64,000 bases of DNA from the IMG/VR virus record IMGVR_UViG_3300045988_182790; one strand, 5' to 3'. This DNA comes from a virus. Positions 57,289 to 64,000 of this stretch are shown piece by piece. How positions within the stretch are numbered: the first letter of the stretch is position 1; every line of letters begins with the position of its first letter. The notes under the pieces were generated by a model. It was not told where the DNA came from. It searched no databases and saw nothing but the letters and a program-made list of their open reading frames with translations. The position numbers and the translations under genes were made by a program.

Positions 57289-57867
57289 CTAAAGATTAGG
57301 GGTTTTCTGGCTTTGCCTTACAAAACGGTCAATAAGTGACAAAATAACCATTGTTTTGATAGTTATTTCTTCTGGAATTATTTTCTGATTTGAAGAGATT
57401 TTTTCCATCATTTCATCGGCAAATAAATTGCATATTTCACAAACAAAATCTTTATTTTCTTCTATGTTTTTACCAGCGTCGTATTCCTGCAAATACCGTT
57501 CGTCTATATCTTCTTCTATTATTGCATTTTCTTCAAAGAAATTTTCTGCGTCGGTATTTATTTCTACAATAATATTGCTTATTGTATCTGCTAACTGTTC
57601 GTAATTATCCTTTTTTGCAGCAAATAATTCGTCAACAAAATCTTTTAATCTGTTCAAGTCATGACCCATATCTGGCTTGTCAATTGAGCTTAAACCATTC
57701 TGCCAACGAAAGGCGCGTACATTTTTCTTTTCTGGTTCTGGCGCAATTGATATAGCTAAATCCAAGGCATTTAATAAATTTTCCATTCCATCTATGCCAT
57801 TAGCCTCTTTAATTTCACTTTTATGCAATTCTTTTTCTATTTGTTTAATTGTTTTATCTGAACTCAT
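57289..57867 (-). CDS. paralog family L protein (192 aa)
   Basis: Shares KSEIKEANGIDGMENLLNALDL and RWQNGLSS blocks with the 24726 and 37480 proteins. No small partner gene. Confidence 0.5.
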   Translation of the reverse strand: MSSDKTIKQIEKELHKSEIKEANGIDGMENLLNALDLAISIAPEPEKKNVRAFRWQNGLSSIDKPDMGHDLNRLKDFVDELFAAKKDNYEQLADTISNIIVEINTDAENFFEENAIIEEDIDERYLQEYDAGKNIEENKDFVCEICNLFADEMMEKISSNQKIIPEEITIKTMVILSLIDRFVRQSQKTPNL

Positions 57868-58009
57868 GAATTTACCTCTTAATATTATTCTTTTTATTTA
57901 TTGTAGGTATTTTTTGGTATTTATTCAACGCAATTAGTGTCCTTAATTTATTTACAGAACTCATATTTATTATATCTAAACAATTTCATATATTTAAAGG
58001 AGGGAATAC

Positions 58010-58170
58010 TAAGTAATTCAAAATATTGTCAAATGTGATTAAACGTGTCTAAATGTACTCATGGAGGTATACTTATGAATACATCAAATATCACAAATTA
58101 TAAACCAAAAGATTTTGCTGAATTACTAGGTGTTTCCGTCAAAACATTACAAATAATATCATTTATCTGA
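58010..58170 (+). mobile_element. IS607-family left-end fragment with a 31-codon tnpA remnant
   Basis: About 85% identical to 22238-22400 in reverse orientation. Encodes MNTSNITNYKPKDFAELLGVSVKTLQ... Overlaps and supplies the last codons of the collagen-like gene. Confidence 0.5.
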
Positions 58171-59561
58171 GTTTCAATATCTGAAATAATACCATCATAT
58201 GAAGTTGAAACGGCTGATAAAATATTAGTCTTTAATGTGTTTATTTCTTCATCAGTAAAATAATCAGTACCCTTTACTGGTGTATATCCATTTGCACCAT
58301 CCGTACCATGCAAAGAATTAAGCCATTCAGCTCTTGTGCCTGAAAATCCTTCTTCTACTGCGATTTCATATGCATCAAGTCCATCACTGCCATCTGCACC
58401 GTTTACTCCGTCTGTTCCATTAACAACTCTTGACTGTACAGTGCTTACGATTGATGCAATCTCATCATCGGTGAAATAATCCACACCTTTAACTGGTGTA
58501 TAACCGTCTGCCCCATCTGCACCATTTTGTACTGTTGCGGAAATTTGGTCAATGATTGCATTGATTTCGTCTGTAGTAAAGTAATCCACACCCTTTACTG
58601 GTGTATAACCATCCGCACCATTAGTACCGTCTACACCACTTTGTACTTGTGATGCGATTTCATCAATCATTGCATTAATTTCATCTGGCGTAAAGTAATC
58701 TACACCCTTTACTGGTGTATAACCGTCTGCACCTTTAACGATACTGTTTATCTGGTCTGATAGTGTAGCTGTTACGTTAGCCGCAATTTCTGTTTTGAGT
58801 GTTTCTGTATCAACAGTTGTTCCAGTATCAGTTGATGTGAAATACTTTGCAACTTCCTCTGAAATGTTAAGATTATTTTTCACATAATCATTTATTCTTA
58901 CCATTTCTTCATCAGATAATGTATAAGTTGTATCTGGTGTAGTTGTTGATGTCTCAGCACTGCTTAAAATAGTGGCAATCTGGCTTTCCAAAGATGATAC
59001 TCTGGTATTAAGGTCGGAAGTTACACTAGCTTTTTCTTCCTCGGATAATGTACAAGAGAAATTTGCCTCTGTAAGCTGAGCCTGCACAGCTGTTGCAACT
59101 TCATTTGTGATGTATGCTTTTGTATCTTCGGTAAGCGATGCAGTTGATGTAGATTGATAATTAGTAAAATCAATCTGAGCAATAGTGTCCGCAATCATAG
59201 CTTCAAATTCAGCTTTTGTTGAAGAGTCACCATCATCTGAAATAATAGTATTTGTCACTGATTGAGTAATATTATTAATTGTTTCCTCTGTAAAGTAATT
59301 TGATATATCATTCTGTTCAACGTACTGAACTATATAATCATCTACTTCATCTTTGATTTCAGATTTTACAGATGCAAGTGCTCCCTGCACATACTCTTCC
59401 TGTAGCTTCTGCTGTTCTTCTGGAGTGTTAACATATGCTATTGTGCCTGTAGAATTAGTTTTTAAATTGTCATATGCGATATATCCAGTTAAGACGCATG
59501 ATAATGTAATTATAGCAATCCATTGTTTAACAACTCTATTTTTCATTATTTTTCCTTCCAT
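58098..59561 (-). CDS. membrane-anchored collagen-like repeat protein (fibre/adhesin-like)
   Basis: N-terminal TM helix. Four tandem repeats GADGYTPVKGVDYFT(D/P)EI with GxDG collagen-like triplets. Class-A motif at 59587. Confidence 0.55.
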   Translation of the reverse strand: MEGKIMKNRVVKQWIAIITLSCVLTGYIAYDNLKTNSTGTIAYVNTPEEQQKLQEEYVQGALASVKSEIKDEVDDYIVQYVEQNDISNYFTEETINNITQSVTNTIISDDGDSSTKAEFEAMIADTIAQIDFTNYQSTSTASLTEDTKAYITNEVATAVQAQLTEANFSCTLSEEEKASVTSDLNTRVSSLESQIATILSSAETSTTTPDTTYTLSDEEMVRINDYVKNNLNISEEVAKYFTSTDTGTTVDTETLKTEIAANVTATLSDQINSIVKGADGYTPVKGVDYFTPDEINAMIDEIASQVQSGVDGTNGADGYTPVKGVDYFTTDEINAIIDQISATVQNGADGADGYTPVKGVDYFTDDEIASIVSTVQSRVVNGTDGVNGADGSDGLDAYEIAVEEGFSGTRAEWLNSLHGTDGANGYTPVKGTDYFTDEEINTLKTNILSAVSTSYDGIISDIETQINDIICNVLTETPSNSAKSFGL

Positions 59562-59651
59562 TTCTGTTTAACTTTTGCCTACAAAAAGAATATGAAATAC
59601 ACAAAAACAAATAAAAAAGAGAAGCTACAAAACTGCAGCCTCTCCTCTTTT

Positions 59652-62600
59652 TTAGTCTGGAGCAATGATGTGTGTATGGAACTTATCTGTTAACTTGGTT
59701 TCTCCGTTATCATTTGTTCCAACATAACATTTTGCTTTTGCCTGAGCTGTTGCTGTTGCAGTTCCAGACATAGTGTTTGTGTGTTTATAGCCTGTTTCAA
59801 AGGTAAGAAGTTCTGTCAAATCACAAACAGGATTTTCAGCTGTCCATGTAGACGCTTTTGTTAAAAATCCTATTGATTCATCACCTAAATACAATGGAAC
59901 CACAAATGGGTAATCATAATTTCGTTGACAATCGCCTGTAAGAGTGATTGTTGGGTCAAGTATTGCACCCTCAACATATTCTGTATTATCCTTTTGTGTC
60001 GTACCAAGTGGGTGTTCTCCCTGTGCTCTTTCTGCATCCAACAAAGATGCCTTAAGGAGTTTGCTTGGAAAATCAATATCAAGCTCATCTACATAACCAT
60101 AAGTTACAATATGAAGTGTTCCACCGTCTCCGCAAAGGAAATTATCAGAACCATCATCAAGGTCTTTAGCATCTCTTGTGATGTAAGCAAATATAGAAAT
60201 ATTTGAAATTGCTTCATCTTCTGCACTATAAACCTTATTCTCATTTCCTGCATTATCAACAGCAACAATGAAGTATTTCAAGCTTGCACTTGTTTTAAAA
60301 TCTTCATATAAATTGGTTGTTACAGCATACACAGCTTCATATATGGCCCCTGCGCTATTCTTCTCAATAGAATCGACTTCTGCTGTCATATCGTACTCTT
60401 TGTATTTAAGAGCTGATACTAACGCATCTTTCCCTGTGCCAGCTTTATAAATATTTGTGTACACATCTGAATCAGTTACATAATCACTATCGTATACAAC
60501 GAGTGTAACCTTTTTAATGCCTGATGTATCTGTACTGTCAGCAAGAGTTGAATTTTCATCAGACACCTCAACAGTTATTTTTGAGCTTAGCTCACTGATA
60601 TTAACATCACCTGTTTCAGTATCTACTACAACTCCGCCTGTCGTCATACCATGTGGTAAACTTCCATGCTTGATGCCTGTTGTTAACAGCTCTTCTTTGT
60701 ACACAGGTGCAGTCTTATCAATATGCACTGTAAGTTCAGCTGTACTGGTAATTTTGTTTGCAGGTGAACCATAAGTTGCGGATGCATTATCAGTTGCTTT
60801 ACCATAGTAAGTATACGAGCCTTCTTTTGAGTCTGTATAGGTAATTGACTGAGCTGTTGTTGCACCACTAAGTGTTTTTGAGCTTACTGCTTTCCAACCA
60901 CTTGTAATCTTCTCATATATGCCTAAACCACTTAAGCCACTTTCATTATCCTTTGATGTAAAGGTGAGAAGTACATTGTTATTTACCCACGGTGTATCAG
61001 CCTTTGATGTGCTTGCTGTCACACTTGCATATGTTGTTGTCTTTGTTGGATTTGTTGCTTTAAGAATGGTGTCGTTTCCAGCTGGTGCTGATGAATCCTG
61101 CCAGTTAGCAATAATCTTGACAGTAGGTACTGCCACATAGCTTTGATATTTATATGAGTTGTTATAACCCATTGTAAATGTATTACTTGACAACGATGAA
61201 TTTGTAGAATTGTTTGTTATTATTTGCCAGCCTTTAAAAGTCCAGCCGATTCTTGATGGTGTGCCTAAATTAATGGAAGTTCCATATTCCATATCATAGT
61301 TTCCATTAGTACCAGTTCCACCAGCCACATCCACATAAAGTCTGTATTTGTTTGGATAGTAGAATGAGTTTGTTGAAGCATTGCCTGTTACTGTCCAGCT
61401 ATTTTTGTCTATACTGCTCCAATGATAACCCGTCACATTTCCCCATGCAGCCTTATAGCCTAAAGCATTAAAGGTTGTTCCATACAACTGACTCCAAGTT
61501 TTGCTTCCTAAAGATGTTTTGGTGTGTGTTGGACTGTTGTATAAACCACTGGCTTTGTTGTAATAGTAGTTTATCGTTTGTTTGTAGCTGTTTCTATACA
61601 CGCTTACATACTTTGTATTTGCGCTAGTGACCGTGTACGATATTGATGCTACTTTGTAAGCACTATCTGCCGCTCTTGACCAACTAACTGTTGAACCATA
61701 GTCATAATTCTTATTTATAACTGGAGAATAACTTCCCCATGAACCATCAGCATTCTGATACCTTACATAAACTTTTTGCAAGTAAGTGTTTGGCTCCCAC
61801 TGCGCACAGAATGTAAATGTATCATTCAAAACATCACTTGAAGTATTAGCCCAAGCTTCGTCCATTGTCCATGTACTTCCTGCACTGTAAATTGTCCATT
61901 TTTCAGGATGTGCCCAGCCATATTCGCTTTGCCATCCTTTAGAGCCACAAAATATAGCATTATCTGAAGCACGAACAACTGCATAGCCCTTTAAATGATA
62001 CCCTGTTTTTGTAAATCCATCCCGCAGCGTCCAGTTGTTTCCGAAATCCACTGTCTGTGATGCTACTGAACCACCTGTCGCTCCATTGCCATTGTAATTG
62101 ATAGTGTAAGTATTTGGTGTTAAACCAAAAACAAATTCTGGAATATCACTCCATACACATAAGCTTCCATTTAATTCTTCATACCAATAAGTACCAAATG
62201 AATGCATAGGACTTACCTGTAGAGTAAAAGTCCCTGAATTACTATTTAAAGTTGATTCATTTATTGGAAAATATAAATCTGGTATTCTTTTATACTTATA
62301 AGTACTTTTATCATTACTATATTTCACACTGGTGTTATACCAAACATCCGCATAACCAAATACTAATTTATTAAAGTTAACGGAACTACGTTCTTCCCAA
62401 ACACGACCAAGATAATCGGCAACGTATGCATTTTCATTGGAAGTACCACCACCACCATTGGCATTAAGTGCTGTTACACCATTATCTTCGGAATGATAAC
62501 CAACTCTACGATTAATGTAGTTATTAAAGTTTATATGATACCCTATATAATATCCAGCATCGCCCCCAAAGTGCTTATCATAATCATAATTAGTTTCAGA

Positions 62601-64000
62601 GCGTACAAATGTTCCATCTTGAAGATAGTAGTCCTGATATCTAGCTCTAATGGTTGGTATATTAGCATAAAGACTTACAGGTATAGGGTGAGTAAATTCT
62701 CCTGAATAAGATAACCCATTATCTCTATAGGTAGAAACTGTTATGCCCATCCCAGTTCCGCAATTTGGTCCTGCCCCTGCTATTGAGTATTTTCCATACA
62801 TACCTGAAACTACATATTTGTATATTTTATTTCTATCTGGTGATGACATATAAAAAACACCGTTAGAAGTTTGACTATACCATTCAGATATAAACATCTG
62901 ATTATCTCGCTTTTTAAATTCACTTATACAATAATCAACATAAGAAGTAGTAGTTTCACTGCTAAGAACATATAAATTATCCTTATCTGAATAAGAATAA
63001 TCTCCGTGCCAAGCTTCGGTATTTAAAATCTCTACTTTACTTTTAATTTTTTCTAATTCTTCGGGGGATAATGAATTTAACAAAGCACCTACATATTCTA
63101 TATCTGTGTCTAATAGATAATGATTAAGTTCATCATTTTCCATATTCTCCCAATCTAAATCAAATATATTTGACTTAAGGTTGTAATCAGACTTAACAAC
63201 GCCTCCAAGATATTGGCTATTTTCTTTACCATTATCTTCTCCATGTTGCATATCTGCAATATCCAAATATTTACCATAATCACTTTTAGACATTGCATTT
63301 GAAAATTTATTTAACACGAGTTCTACATTCTTAGTTTCAGCACTCTCCAAATCAGCAATAATACTTGATACATAAGCGCAAGAGAATGATGTACCTATTG
63401 TATTATTGTAAGTACCAAAACAAGAATAATCTACTGTCTTACCATAGTTAGAATACTTGTAAGCTTCATTACTAGATACAGCTGCACCTACAACATAAGC
63501 AGACTTGAAATTTGCTGGGTATAAGTACTTAACATCGCTAGATGTATTACCTGCAGAAACTACTACCTTAATACCTTTTTCTTCTGCTTCTTTTACTAAT
63601 GTTTCTAGGTCACCTACATTAGAAGAATATACGTTAGTATTCATAGATAAGTTAATTATATCAACCCCCTGGTCTATAGCATAACGTAAACCCTTACAAA
63701 CATTTTCAATAGAAGTGTTTTCCTCTTCTCCTACAACCTTTATAGGTACAATTGATACTAAATCATTAGTATTGTTGCAAATAAGTTCTGCAATAATACT
63801 ACCGTGACCATTAATATCTTCTACATTTGTAGAGTCATCCAATACATTATAAGGATTTAAAACTCTATCTGAGTTTACTTTTTCAAGATTTAAACCCGTG
63901 TCAATAATCGCCACTGACACAGGTTTAACTTTCTCCAATGTACTTATGTATTCCTTAATTGTACCCTTGGGTGTATAGATGAAAGAATATACTACTAAAA
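59652..64000 (-). CDS. giant protein (more than 1,440 aa) with N-terminal subtilisin (S8) domain; 5' end outside window
   Basis: Catalytic triad motifs AIIDTG (Asp), HGSIIAELI (His), and GTSFSCAYVSS (Ser), followed by about 1,000 aa of Y/N/G/T-rich beta-type sequence. The frame stays open to the window edge. Confidence 0.75.
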   Translation of the reverse strand, partial: LVVYSFIYTPKGTIKEYISTLEKVKPVSVAIIDTGLNLEKVNSDRVLNPYNVLDDSTNVEDINGHGSIIAELICNNTNDLVSIVPIKVVGEEENTSIENVCKGLRYAIDQGVDIINLSMNTNVYSSNVGDLETLVKEAEEKGIKVVVSAGNTSSDVKYLYPANFKSAYVVGAAVSSNEAYKYSNYGKTVDYSCFGTYNNTIGTSFSCAYVSSIIADLESAETKNVELVLNKFSNAMSKSDYGKYLDIADMQHGEDNGKENSQYLGGVVKSDYNLKSNIFDLDWENMENDELNHYLLDTDIEYVGALLNSLSPEELEKIKSKVEILNTEAWHGDYSYSDKDNLYVLSSETTTSYVDYCISEFKKRDNQMFISEWYSQTSNGVFYMSSPDRNKIYKYVVSGMYGKYSIAGAGPNCGTGMGITVSTYRDNGLSYSGEFTHPIPVSLYANIPTIRARYQDYYLQDGTFVRSETNYDYDKHFGGDAGYYIGYHINFNNYINRRVGYHSEDNGVTALNANGGGGTSNENAYVADYLGRVWEERSSVNFNKLVFGYADVWYNTSVKYSNDKSTYKYKRIPDLYFPINESTLNSNSGTFTLQVSPMHSFGTYWYEELNGSLCVWSDIPEFVFGLTPNTYTINYNGNGATGGSVASQTVDFGNNWTLRDGFTKTGYHLKGYAVVRASDNAIFCGSKGWQSEYGWAHPEKWTIYSAGSTWTMDEAWANTSSDVLNDTFTFCAQWEPNTYLQKVYVRYQNADGSWGSYSPVINKNYDYGSTVSWSRAADSAYKVASISYTVTSANTKYVSVYRNSYKQTINYYYNKASGLYNSPTHTKTSLGSKTWSQLYGTTFNALGYKAAWGNVTGYHWSSIDKNSWTVTGNASTNSFYYPNKYRLYVDVAGGTGTNGNYDMEYGTSINLGTPSRIGWTFKGWQIITNNSTNSSLSSNTFTMGYNNSYKYQSYVAVPTVKIIANWQDSSAPAGNDTILKATNPTKTTTYASVTASTSKADTPWVNNNVLLTFTSKDNESGLSGLGIYEKITSGWKAVSSKTLSGATTAQSITYTDSKEGSYTYYGKATDNASATYGSPANKITSTAELTVHIDKTAPVYKEELLTTGIKHGSLPHGMTTGGVVVDTETGDVNISELSSKITVEVSDENSTLADSTDTSGIKKVTLVVYDSDYVTDSDVYTNIYKAGTGKDALVSALKYKEYDMTAEVDSIEKNSAGAIYEAVYAVTTNLYEDFKTSASLKYFIVAVDNAGNENKVYSAEDEAISNISIFAYITRDAKDLDDGSDNFLCGDGGTLHIVTYGYVDELDIDFPSKLLKASLLDAERAQGEHPLGTTQKDNTEYVEGAILDPTITLTGDCQRNYDYPFVVPLYLGDESIGFLTKASTWTAENPVCDLTELLTFETGYKHTNTMSGTATATAQAKAKCYVGTNDNGETKLTDKFHTHIIAPD

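Overview
Low-GC (about one-third G+C by eye) window with strong Shine-Dalgarno sites (AGGAGG 6-10 nt before starts), consistent with a Firmicutes/Clostridia-type host. Nearly all genes lie on the minus strand, packed tightly, and most are preceded by one of two short conserved upstream motifs. The content looks like a large phage- or plasmid-like mobile genome rather than core chromosome.

Main blocks, left to right:
- Replication and recombination: RecD-like SF1 helicase, SF2 DEAH helicase, degenerate DnaQ-like exonuclease, AEP primase-polymerase, a UvrD-type nuclease-helicase split by a 2-kb insertion, DnaE-type polymerase III alpha interrupted by an ORF-less group I intron, and a DnaG-like zinc-finger protein.
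- Accessory genes: a eukaryote-like PARP catalytic-domain protein, flotillin, PhoH2, a membrane AAA+ ATPase with a membrane J-domain protein and an HPr/Crh-like protein, and a complete Tad/Flp-type pilus operon.
- Surface or structural genes: a secreted repeat-containing protein, a collagen-like repeat protein, and a protein of more than 1,400 aa with an S8 subtilisin domain whose 5' end runs off the window.
- Mobile and RNA elements: two TnpB-type IS elements with IS607 left-end remnants, and a tRNA-like locus.
- Repeats and dispersed motifs: three paralogous gene modules, duplicated promoter-leader cassettes, a 36-bp repeat shared by three promoters, and a recurrent 13-15-nt motif at gene boundaries in small-gene arrays.

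All calls come from reading motifs in the translated ORFs and the DNA itself; no database search was possible.
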